DNA from: Octopus bimaculoides | Lineage: Eukaryota | Assembly (NCBI RefSeq): GCF_001194135.2 | Contig: NC_068992.1 | Span: 56,439,953 to 56,503,952 of the forward strand | DNA: 64,000 nt | Direction: 5' to 3' | Part shown: positions 24,379-36,040 of the stretch, one piece after another | Layout of the letters: each line of letters opens with the position of its first letter | How positions within the stretch are numbered: the first letter of the stretch is position 1 | Notes under the pieces: generated by a model | Databases searched by the model: none | The model's input: only the letters and a program-made list of their open reading frames with translations | Told to the model about the DNA's origin: nothing | Position numbers and translations under genes: made by a program

Positions 24379-25153
24379 NNNNNNNNNNNNNNNNNNNNNN
24401 NNNNNNNNNNNNNNNNNNNNNNNNNNNNNNNNNNNNNNNNNNNNNNNNNNNNNNNNNNNNNNNNNNNNNNNNNNNNNNNNNNNNNNNNNNNNNNNNNNNN
24501 NNNNNNNNNNNNNNNNNNNNNNNNNNNNNNNNNNNNNNNNNNNNNNNNNNNNNNNNNNNNNNNNNNNNNNNNNNNNNNNNNNNNNNNNNNNNNNNNNNNN
24601 NNNNNNNNNNNNNNNNNNNNNNNNNNNNNNNNNNNNNNNNNNNNNNNNNNNNNNNNNNNNNNNNNNNNNNNNNNNNNNNNNNNNNNNNNNNNNNNNNNNN
24701 NNNNNNNNNNNNNNNNNNNNNNNNNNNNNNNNNNNNNNNNNNNNNNNNNNNNNNNNNNNNNNNNNNNNNNNNNNNNNNNNNNNNNNNNNNNNNNNNNNNN
24801 NNNNNNNNNNNNNNNNNNNNNNNNNNNNNNNNNNNNNNNNNNNNNNNNNNNNNNNNNNNNNNNNNNNNNNNNNNNNNNNNNNNNNNNNNNNNNNNNNNNN
24901 NNNNNNNNNNNNNNNNNNNNNNNNNNNNNNNNNNNNNNNNNNNNNNNNNNNNNNNNNNNNNNNNNNNNNNNNNNNNNNNNNNNNNNNNNNNNNNNNNNNN
25001 NNNNNNNNNNNNNNNNNNNNNNNNNNNNNNNNNNNNNNNNNNNNNNNNNNNNNNNNNNNNNNNNNNNNNNNNNNNNNNNNNNNNNNNNNNNNNNNNNNNN
25101 NNNNNNNNNNNNNNNNNNNNNNNNNNNNNNNNNNNNNNNNNNNNNNNNNNNNN

Positions 25154-25188
<35 letters not shown>

Positions 25189-26269
25189 AATGACTGCTTT
25201 TATTTTCGGTTGTATTGAGCTATGTACTGTGACAACGAAAAGGCTGCAAAGAGCATTATGTATGAGTATTAGACAAAAATAATGTAGATGTTGCCCAGAC
25301 ATAACGTTGCACCAATTAGAGCCATATCTAATAGATTATGGAAACAACCAGTAAATCACGAGATTTTCTACTAGTCACCTAAGAGTTGTTATACTTCATA
25401 CAGCAAACATTGCAAAGGTTATTAGAGACGGTAATGTGACGAGAAAATGACAATGTTATTCAATGAATAACAAATATATAATCTAGAGAGTAATGGATAA
25501 AATAACTGAAATATTTTGCTCGTATTTGAGTGACGCTGTCGATCGTAGAGAAGAGAATAAGAAGGACAAGAGGATGAAGGAACGAACGAAAAAGTAAAGA
25601 AAGCGAAAAGAAGAGAAGAAATGAAGGGAGGGGGAAATTTTGGAAAGAAGATGAAAACAGTGGAAGAAGACGATTGAACAAGACGCAGAAGAAGAGAGGA
25701 CGACGAAGGAGAGTAAGAATAAGAGGAAAAGAAGGAGAATTAGAAAAATAGAAGAAGAAGAAGAAGAAGAAGAATTACAAATTTTTTTTGCTTTTAGCCC
25801 AATAAAATTTTTTTTGCGTGCGTGTGCATGGGTGCGGGGTTGTTGTGTGCGTGTGAGTGTGGGTGTGTATGCGTGTATATATATGCATATGTACATATAT
25901 GTATAGTTTTTGGCGAGTATGTGATTGAGCCTGTGTGTATTTAAAGCGAGGGTGGTTTAGTATATACATATAGGCGAATGTACGGATTGGTGCGCTTACG
26001 CGAACCTATAGACTTCTCTACTCCCTTACTTTTACCCCCTCCCCTTATTCAGCGGTCTATTAGCTCTTTTGTCTTAATGACGGTCAACCACACAATAATT
26101 TCCCTTTGTTTAATGGTCATTTTTCACAAGAATTTTCAATGGCCGGATAACTGAAGAAATGGTGGTGTGGGTTCCCACCCTGGCATCCGNNNNNNNNNNT
26201 ATATATGCATATATATACATACATTATGCATCTCTCTCCATCTCTCTCACTTTCTCTCTCTCTCTCCCC

Positions 26270-26307
<38 letters not shown>

Positions 26308-26429
26308 GTATGTATGTGTGCGTGTGTCTCTGTGTGTTTGTTTTATTTTATGCCCAATTATAATAAAAACAATAATGTGGTGGGTTACTCTATACTTTTG
26401 CAGAGCACGGATCTAATCTGATACAAAAG

Positions 26430-26521
26430 TGTTGTTGACAGTGACTTCGAAGTCTCGAGTTGCTAAGCCATTGTTGACGAAGTCTTAACTGGCCGAAACT
26501 TCGAAGTCACCACTAACAACA
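26430..26521. repeat. Imperfect palindrome with hammerhead-like core
   Basis: Perfect 13-bp inverted repeat GTGACTTCGAAGT (26441-26453) / ACTTCGAAGTCAC (26498-26510), with inner and outer arm extensions; related copy at 30724. Confidence 0.8.
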
Positions 26522-27902
26522 TTCTCGTATAAGAATAATATATATATATATATATATATACACGTTGAAAATGTAGGTCTGTGGATGTACGTTTAAACCG
26601 TACATTTATAAGCATGCATATGCACACGTACACACGCATATATATTTATATGCAAATGTCCATATGTGTGTGTATTTGTATGTGTGTGTATGCTTGTATG
26701 TTCGATCAAACAGAAATCCAGTGTTGAAACCAAGTAGTTGGGCATTATGTATCTAGGATAGCAGCATACATGGAAGATGTGTTTCATTATTCCCGAACCA
26801 TATTGCTGGCATGCATATAAGTGTATATCACAGGATGATGTGGGATCTAGATATTTAATTTAAGACCCGCTTTTAAATTGTTTTTGAGTTTACTGAGTAG
26901 TATGGAAGTATTGTTTTTGGTGTAGTTGATTTTGCCGTTGTTTAGCTTCGAATGATTCTGACCTGGCAGACGATTTATAAAATATCTTTTATGAAATGCC
27001 TTTCACCCATTATCATCTGTATCGTAATTTTCACGCATAATATAGCTACTACAAGTTTAAACAATTGGCTGTTGTTTTGAAAGATAGAGATTGTAGCTTA
27101 AATTATATTTAAGTGCTATTTCTCGCAGATCGTGTGACGTCTACGGCTTGACAAATGAGTCTAAACCCAATTCGTGGTAAGTAATTGCAAATTGTGGTGT
27201 TACAAGAAATGACAACGGCGGCCGTTGCATATTCACTTACTGTCCACTTTTCACCAAACCAATGGTTTATATCGATCGAAATGTAATGCATTCTTGGCAT
27301 CAATGTTTATAATCCAGCATCAAATAGAATATGTTTGCTAAACATTTCCTTGAAAAAAAAAAATTAAAACAAGCAATAATACCCGAGAATCTGAAAATCA
27401 ATGTTTGAAAGGTTTACATACAGAATGGTTTGCCTGTGTTAATAATATTTTCTTGTATGAAGAACATAAGAACAAATGCATACTACTAAAAGGATGACAA
27501 GATGAATATATTCTTGACTTTTGTAATGGCGTTTACCTTTGTGCATACAGTAATAAGAACGCATGCGCAAGTAGCGCATATTTCGAAGTGAGTATTCATG
27601 TCGCCTGAACGTATAAATTGCACCCACGTTCGTGTATTAAACATTGGTCAGTGTTTACTTCTGATAAATATATTATCCCATGAGATGAACAGCAGTCCTT
27701 GCCTGTCAACTCCATTCAATAAGTTTGTTAGTTTGTCAGAAAATTTATCATTTGCGTTTCTTTAAGGGAAGCTGCATGTACATAAGATAAGCAACACTTG
27801 CATTCGAGTGTACATTTAGAATTTCAGAAATAGTTTATCATCTACTTGATGGTGCAAGACTAAATTTTCGAAAGTAATCGACAAATGTAAGCAACAGAAT
27901 TT

Positions 27903-28435
27903 TACAGGGTGTCCACAAAGCCTGTTGACAATTTCAAATAGTCATTACGAAAAACTAAGAAGAGGGAGAAACGAAACTTTTTAGCGGTATTAATAGTTTA
28001 TCAATGCTACATTTTATGTCTTATACCGCAATTAATCTTGTATTAATGTGTCAGATAATGACTACACCACAGGAAAATGGCACAATATGTGACTTGGTTT
28101 ATCGAAAGAAAGTCGGATATTCAAGCACAAATAAATTATACAGCTAAATATGGAAAACAAGCTCCGGCATGTCAGTCGATACGCAGCTGGCATAAGCAGT
28201 TTATGGTAACGGAGTCGGTGTTACATAAACCGAGAACTGGAGAGCGAAGAACATCAGAAGATACGGACAGCATCCGTCAGTCATTTCAACGGTCCCCATA
28301 TGAGTCCATCTGTACTGATTCCACTCAACTGCATCTATCGCCATCACCAATTCATTGAAGCCTTATGCATATAAAATTCAATTCTTGTCACCAATTAAGG
28401 TAAATGATAAACCACGATGAAAAACATTTGTCGTT
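27903..28435 (+). mobile_element. 5' part of a Tc1/mariner-superfamily (maT/DD37D-like) transposon, pseudogenised
   Basis: TA|CAGGGTGTCC terminus. MTTPQE(fs)AQYVTWFIERKSDIQAQINYTAKYGKQAPACQSIRSWHKQFMVTESVLHKPRTG..YAYKIQ is a DUF4817-type HTH transposase N-terminus. Confidence 0.85.
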
Positions 28436-28461
28436 ACCCTCCTGAAAAATAAGTATATATA

Positions 28462-28497
<36 letters not shown>

Positions 28498-29404
28498 TTA
28501 TATACTTATATATATATGCATACAGATATATATATATACATATATATGTATATACGTGTGTTTGTGTGTGTATGTAGGTGTGTGTGTGTGTGGAGTGTGG
28601 GTGTGTTTATGTACATACATGCATACATACATACATAGATACATACATACATAAATACATACATACATGCAAGCATACTGACATAGATATATACATTCAC
28701 ACGCATAGCAAAAGCTATTCACGACAATAATGCAAGAAAAAATAAACTTGAAAATAAAATATACCAATCCAAATTTGTTAACAATAAATAAAAAACCAGA
28801 ACTTTTATATATCATTTAAATGATAATGGAATTTCTGAACTCCACTGTATACTGTTTCAATTAATTAGCTTTATCAATGCTCAACATGTTTCTATGTTAA
28901 AATCCTGTTCGCTTACTTTGTCTGTATTTTTCTAGCTCTGTCTCTCTGTCTTTCTTTCTCTTATAAAATATTATGCTTCGTTGCTAGCATATTTCATCGG
29001 AGCTGCAATGTATTTCAATGAATTAAAACTGGTCCCAAATAAAAAGCGGGTCATCCTAGGGGCGTGATTCTAATTTTAATTCCCGCTTCATTGCCTCCTT
29101 CTCTTTAAAATTAATTTTTATTAATTTAAGTTCTACGATCCAGTCAGCTAAGTATTTTAGCATCGATTTTACTACTTCCGCCCAAACAAAAACGTAGCAT
29201 GTTGAATTGTGAAGCGGTAAAGCATTCATATGTACAACGCAAGGACAATAGAAGCTTGATTTGCACCGTTCAACTACATTATAAAACAACGCAGGCCAGT
29301 TTTTGTTCAAAGAGACCTGTAACTTCATGCATGATTGTATTGCATAACCACGTAGCTTATTAATACTGGTATTGTATAACCAGGTATATTATTATTATTA
29401 CTAC

Positions 29405-29615
29405 AAGTTGGTAGACTCATTAGCAATCCGGACAAAATGCTTAGCAGCATTTTTGCAGAGTTTTCGATGTGAGTTCAAATTCAACCGAGGTCGACTTTGC
29501 TTTTCATCCTTTCGGGGTCGATAAAACAAGTACTAGCTGAGTATCGGTGATCGATGTGATCAACTACTCCCCTTCCCTCAAATAACAGGCTTTGTGCCTA
29601 AATTTGAAAGAGTAT
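29405..29615 (+). mobile_element. SINE-2
   Basis: GAGTTCAAATTC..CCGAGGTCGACTTTGCTTTTCATCCTTTCGGGGTCGATAAAACAAGTAC. Confidence 0.85.
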
Positions 29616-29675
29616 TATTGAAATGATTGTTCTTTTCTTAAACTTAAAACATTAAAAAACTGGGGTTTTCTAAAT

Positions 29676-29891
29676 CTTTTCTACTCTAGGAACAAAGCCT
29701 GAATTTTTTTGGGAGGGGGCCAGTCGATAAGATCGATCCTAGTATGCAACTGGTATTTAATTTATCGACCCCGTAAGGATGAAAGACAAAGTCGACCTCG
29801 GTGGAATTTGAACTCAGAACATAGAGACAGACGAAATACCACTAAGCATTTCGTTCAGCGTGTTAACGTTTCTGGCAGCTCACCGCTTTGA
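29676..29891 (-). mobile_element. SINE-2, full length, with 12-bp TSD
   Basis: GGTTTTCTAAAT at 29664-29675 and 29892-29903. Confidence 0.9.
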
Positions 29892-30089
29892 GGTTTTCTA
29901 AATAATACGACCATGAATATATAACTCTTTGCTTGTAGAAAGCATTCTCATAAGTTTGCGCTATATGTCCATGCTCGTTTCCAGAATTTTAGTTAGATCT
30001 TATTTCATTCGTTCCGGGTAATATAAAGCTTTCCTTTCAAAAGCCCAAGTTACACTGAAAGTTGAAAACAATTAGGAACATGTTTAGTA

Positions 30090-30107
30090 TACGAGGTGGT
30101 ATCAAAA
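30090..30107 (+). mobile_element. Probable mariner TIR start; remainder in gap
   Basis: TACGAGGTGGTATCAAAA immediately before the Ns. Confidence 0.35.
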
Positions 30108-30723
30108 NNNNNNNNNNNNNNNNNNNNNNNNNNNNNNNNNNNNNNNNNNNNNNNNNNNNNNNNNNNNNNNNNNNNNNNNNNNNNNNNNNNNNNNNNNNNN
30201 NNNNNNNNNNNNNNNNNNNNNNNNNNNNNNNNNNNNNNNNNNNNNNNNNNNNNNNNNNNNNNNNNNNNNNNNNNNNNNNNNNNNNNNNNNNNNNNNNNNN
30301 NNNNNNNNNNNNNNNNNNNNNNNNNNNNNNNNNNNNNNNNNNNNNNNNNNNNNNNNNNNNNNNNNNNNNNNNNNNNNNNNNNNNNNNNNNNNNNNNNNNN
30401 NNNNNNNNNNNNNNNNNNNNNNNNNNNNNNNNNNNNNNNNNNNNNNNNNNNNNNNNNNNNNNNNNNNNNNNNNNNNNNNNNNNNNNNNNNNNNNNNNNNN
30501 NNNNNNNNNNNNNNNNNNNNNNNNNNNNNNNNNNNNNNNNNNNNNNNNNNNNNNNNNNNNNNNNNNNNNNNNNNNNNNNNNNNNNNNNNNNNNNNNNNNN
30601 NNNNNNNNNNNNNNNNNNNNNNNNNNNNNNNNNNNNNNNNNNNNNNNNNNNNNNNNNNNNNNNNNNNNNNNNNNNNNNNNNNNNNNNNNNNNNNNNNNNN
30701 NNNNACACACACACACACACACA

Positions 30724-30797
30724 ACTTCGACATTTCGGCTAATTAACCTTCGTTGAATTGTCCGACAAAAGGCTAGATGGCCGAAATTGTGAAGTCT
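30724..30797. repeat. Imperfect palindrome, second copy of the hammerhead-like palindromic element
   Basis: ACTTCGACATTTCGGC pairs with GCCGAAATTGTGAAGT, and pairing continues to a centre near 30758; homologous to 26430-26521. Confidence 0.7.
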
Positions 30798-31784
30798 CTA
30801 TCACTCCACTTCTAAAAATATATAAAACAACGTACTCTTCAATAGGTATTGACTAACTCTTCAGTTTACTAACAATCACCTTTATTATAACTCGATATAA
30901 AAGCAAACATTAAAAGATGTGTAATGTTTGCGTATGTATGTCAGTGTAATCAGATAGACATAGTTTTGAGTGTACGATTTTTTTCTAATCAGTATTGATA
31001 CATTATTTATTTAACATGTTAGAATAATGAAACTTGATATATGCAAGGGAAAACGCTCCAAATAAATGGCGTCGCACACAGCATTATTGTATAAATAATT
31101 ACCCTAAAGTATTTTAACGCCATGCAAGATTTGTATTACGTTTGACATTCGATGGCATTTTTCACACACATGGTGTGATATGCATATTTTTAGTTTGAAA
31201 ATAAGTTGATTAAATCTATTTCATAATATCCGGAAAAAGAATATATGTGTTGCGGCTTCCATAGCTGTACACGAACACTAAGATACACACACGCGTGCAC
31301 ACTCAAATATTCGCAAACACATTATATAATATATTAGTTAAATATGATTGCTGTTCCATTAATTAAATTGTATTCTGCCTAAGACAACTACCAGGTAAGC
31401 ATTCATTGTAGAATTTTTATTAAAAACAAATCACCTCAAATTTTCTCTCAAGAATGTATTGAGGGCGTGAGACTTAAAGTTATGAAACAATAATTTGTAA
31501 ATGACACATGATTTGTACTCGAACTCTTCTAATTAATAATTACTACTAATTTTTGTCATGAAAATATAACGTAAATTATTAGGTAGAGTAGAATAGTTAG
31601 TGGGCTGTTATGTAGATGTATGTATGTATGTATGTATGTATGTATGTATGTATGTATGTATGTATGTATGTATGTATGCATGTATGTGTGTGGGTGTATG
31701 TATGTATGCATGTATGTGTGTGGGTGTATGTATATACATATGTATATATATATGTAGATAGATGTATGTATGTGTGTGTGGGTG

Positions 31785-31820
<36 letters not shown>

Positions 31821-31912
31821 AACACACATATGCGCACACGCAAACGCACACACACGCACACACACACACATACACTCACACATAGTTCTTGACATACTAA
31901 CAACATATAACG

Positions 31913-32128
31913 TTAAGGCGACGAGCTGGCCGAATCGTCAGCACACCGGGCAAACTGCTTAGCGGCATTTCGTGTGTCTTTACGTTCTGAGTTCAAATTC
32001 CAGCGAGGTCAACCTTGCCTTTCGTCCTTTCGGGTTCGATAAAATAAGTACCAGTTGAGTAATGGAGTCGATATAATCGACTTGCCCCATCCCCAGAAAC
32101 TACTGGCCTTGTGCTAAAATCTGAAATC
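31913..32128 (+). mobile_element. SINE-2, full length
   Basis: A and B boxes, central block and tail are present. Confidence 0.88.
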
Positions 32129-34742
32129 AAATATGTAACGTAACATCGATAAATATCGCCACGATAATGACATCGGCTTTTCAGAGCTTATTGTGGAAAT
32201 GAGTTCTCTATTAAAACAGCTCCTCTTTTCCGGCAGATGTTGACTTACAAATATCCAGGATAAACATGAATGGCATCACCTGCGAAAGTTATATGCTTTA
32301 ATACTACCTTCATGTCGAGCAAGGAGGAAGTAAAAAAGCGCCTGTTTCTGTAGATCTTCCTATAAATTCCGGCTTAAACCATTTCTGTGTTATACTCATC
32401 CACGTATACTTATTTGTCAGTCACGGCAAATGTAATATAACCATAGCATTGCAGTTTTCACAAACTCATTAGACTTTCGACCAACATCGATAACCATGAG
32501 ATTGAAAAAGTAAGAACAAAAACAAAGAAGGAAAGAAACAATCATAATAACGTTGCATGTAAAATATATAAAAGCGATAGAACTGTCTATACACAGTTGT
32601 CGTTACTGAATTTATGAACCAATAACCCTGCGGTGATGATGATGTTAACAATAGTAATAGCAATAGGTTTTTGTATGCCTTCGGAAATGTCAGATTTATT
32701 GTCCTTTCAGAGAAGAAATAGATTAAAGAAAAAAATAAAAGAAAAGAAAAAAAAAAGTAAAACATTCATGACAGAAAAACAGAATAAATCCCAGTTATAG
32801 TAGAAATGGCATGAGTTCCTCTTAGATTTGAATGCGGTAAAGCTTGAAATTGCAAACAATTTCAGCATACATGCAATTCCGCTAAAAGACAATCGTGTTG
32901 CGTTAATCACAAATGACATGGTGACAATTGTACTGAATGAACTTATTTTAGACATTGTTTACGAATGGAATATACGGAATAAGTAGAGAACACAGTTGAC
33001 CGAATCGACTTGACAAAATTAAATCCTTCTGTTATCATTTTCCCGTTGAAATAAACTGTATTTGTTCCAGGGAATTTTGAAAATAATGCAGGATTTAATA
33101 ATACTTCTTTGTCGTTATCAAGTTGGCGTATGGAACGTAAATAAATGCGAAATATTGATAGAAGAGTTTATCCATTTTGTTATTGTATTTTGTTACCATG
33201 TTTCTGCATTCATTTCAATTAATTTTGAAAATAATGCAGGATTTAGTAATAAAACATTGCTATCGTTAAGCTGCTGTACGGATCATAAATTAATACGAAA
33301 TTTTGAATATAATTGAGATAATTTTAAAACAAGAAATATGTGTGACGGGAACAGGAACGGTCTCAGGCAGGTTGATATGTACGGTTTTAATGTCATCAGA
33401 TGCTTTTGTTGTTGCTGGTGGTGTGGGTGTTGCAGAGACATTTAATTTTCTGCTCTCAATGGTCAGTGGACTTGCCCATTGAAAACCGAAAGTGAGTAGA
33501 GAGAACATGTTATTGATGAGCGAATGGCGACTTAGCTGGACTGATTGAGCAAATGAGTAACTAAGCAATCGATTAGTGACTTAGTTAAGTGATAAGGAAA
33601 TGACAAATAAAAAATAAGGAAGTGAAATAGAATCAGAGCGTGTGTTTATTTTTGACATAATGACGGTCCCATGATGCAACAAAATATGTTTCAATTCACG
33701 AGTTCATATCAAGACTCTTGCAAATCAAATACAAAACCAAGAGATTATCATAGAAGCAGTCCAAGCGGTAACACATAGATGGGAGCAATTCAAGCATAAA
33801 ACTTCTATAAACCAGTAAGAAAACTATTGGAGTGACGTGTGCACCTCTGTTTGTGTGCGTGCGTGCTTGTGTGTGTGCGTGTGTGTATGTGCATGCGTGT
33901 ACGTTTGTGTACGTTCGTGCGTGTGCATGCGTGCGTGTTTGTTCGTGTCTAACTTGTAGCATTAAAGCAAAACGAAAATGTGTTCTTGGAGAAGCCCACT
34001 CAACCTGATTATAAATAACAACTATTTCCTTGTCTTTTGGACATCATGAAACAAACAAACAAACGCAATGTCTAGAATAAGATTTCTTGTAAAACTTATT
34101 TCAGATCAAAGACTTGGTTCTTATATGTGAATTACAAGCATATGGTTTTTCAGACAATCGATTTTTACTGTTTTGTTTTTATTTGGCGGGAATGGATACA
34201 TGCATAACTTTGTTCTATATATAAAGTACAATGGAGTGCAATAAAAGGACAAAATGAACAAAGACTAACAGATTAGCTGCAGCTAGAGCACTTCTTACGG
34301 CAGTTATGATCATGTGTTTAATTCACTTACGAGTGAATGTGTAACTTATTGGTTCAAGCTAAATGCAGTAATCAAATGGAGCCAGTCAAGGAATAAATTT
34401 AGAAGCAATTCATAAATTTTCAGTACGTATGTCTCTATGGTTTAGCTATGCTCTCCTCAACCACATTGTACTGGGTTCTCGGCACATTAAACAAGTATCT
34501 TCTGCTATCTCGGAGTGAATAATATTTTGAGAGTAGAATTTTTGTAGACGGATATTGCAAAAGCTAGCCTCATATATATATATATATANNNNNNNNNNNN
34601 NNNNNNNNNNNNNNNNNNNNNNNNNNNNNNNNNNNNNNNNNNNNNNNNNNNNNNNNNNNNNNNNNNNNNNNNNNNNNNNNNNNNNNNNNNNNNNNNNNNN
34701 NNNNNNNNNNNNNNNNNNNNNNNNNNNNNNNNNNNNNNNNNN

Positions 34743-34890
34743 ATATATAAAGGAAACCACTAGGTGGACTGTTAATGTGATAGAAGAAAGTCACATGTAA
34801 TGCGTCTACTAAGATCGAATTGTTCTCAAAGAAAAATTTAGCGAAGCAACAAAACGTATACGGGCAAGACGAGTGAAAATTACATAAATA
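34743..34890 (+). repeat. 148-bp segment duplicated at 35776-35923
   Basis: About 6 mismatches between the copies. Confidence 0.9.
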
Positions 34891-35375
34891 CATACGATGT
34901 TAACCGCAGACCAGTTTAGAAATTAATATTTCCTTGAATCTTACCATAAATATAATTAACAGAACCATGTGCACGTTCCTTTTTCTTGGGGAACAACTAG
35001 TATACGATTCTGGGAATTATATTTCTTTGGTGGGCTGTACTGATGAGAAACAGATATTTTCGGCAAGGAAATATTAATTTGTTGTATCTCGTGAGGATCA
35101 TTATACCAATAATAAACACACGCACAGGTTCTATTTCATCTCAATTTTTATCCGTCAATTTATTAACTTTAAATCAATTAACTAATGATTTGTTGGGCTA
35201 CACATTAAATCAATCGGTCCGTCAGCTAGGTTTATCAAAGCTCTCTCGTCGCCACTCGTGAGCTGATCAATGACATGCCATGTCTTATCTAAGTCTCATT
35301 CGAGTCTAGATTCGAATGGCGACGAAAGAATATTGACAAACGTAGCTGATTGGTTGACCGAACGAATAACCATAT

Positions 35376-35520
35376 GTTAAAATCCCGCCGGGGTCTACTT
35401 TGATTTTCATCCTTTCGGGGTCCATAAAATAAGTACCAGTTGCGCACTCCGAATCGTTCTAATCGACTGGCCACCCTCTCCAAAAATTTCGGGCCTTGTG
35501 TCTAGAGTGGAAAAGATTAT
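35376..35520 (+). mobile_element. SINE-2 3' part, head-to-tail with the next copy
   Basis: The tail GGCCTTGTGTCTAGAGTGGAAAAGATTAT runs directly into TTAAGGCGGCGAGCTGG. Confidence 0.85.
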
Positions 35521-36040
35521 TTTAAGGCGGCGAGCTGGCAGAAACGTTAGCACGTCGGGCGCAATGCTTAGCGGTATTTCGTCTAAGTTCAAATTCCTCC
35601 GAGGTCGACTTTGCCTTTCATCCTTTCGCGGTCGATAAATTAAGTACCAGTTGCGTACTGGATATTATATTGGATATTAATTAATATCAATTTAATACCA
35701 GGGAGCAAGCACATTGAAAGAATCAAGGAGATTCAGGAAAAAATATCTGAGATCTGAAAAGATCATTGTATATGTATATATAAAGGAAACCACTAGGTGG
35801 ACTGTTAATGTGCTAGAAGAAGATCACATGTAATGCGTCTACTAAGACCGAATTGTTCTCAAAGAAAAATTAAGCGAAGCAACAAAACGGATACGGGCAA
35901 GACGAGTGAAAATTACATAAATATCCAATTAATATCCAATATAAGTACCAGTTGCGTACTGGCGTCGATCTTATGGATTAGCTCCCCCCCTCCACAAAAA
36001 AAAAATTCGGTCCTTGTGCCTAGAGTTCAAAAGAATACAT
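35521..36040 (+). mobile_element. SINE-2 split by a 280-bp insertion (35662-35941)
   Basis: SINE sequence stops at 35661 and resumes at 35942, with TAAGTACCAGTTGCGTACTGG duplicated. Confidence 0.88.

Noticed and set aside
29056-29328. 90-aa minus-strand ORF
   Set aside because: No recognisable homology; weak splice signals.
32804-32985. Stop-free + frame KWHEFLLDLNAV...
   Set aside because: No convincing splice sites and no recognisable family.
33338-33445. 35-aa Cys-rich ORF (..CFCCCWWCGCC..) with a GTGAGT donor downstream
   Set aside because: The cysteines come from a TGT/TGC/TGG low-complexity run; no signal peptide or other support.
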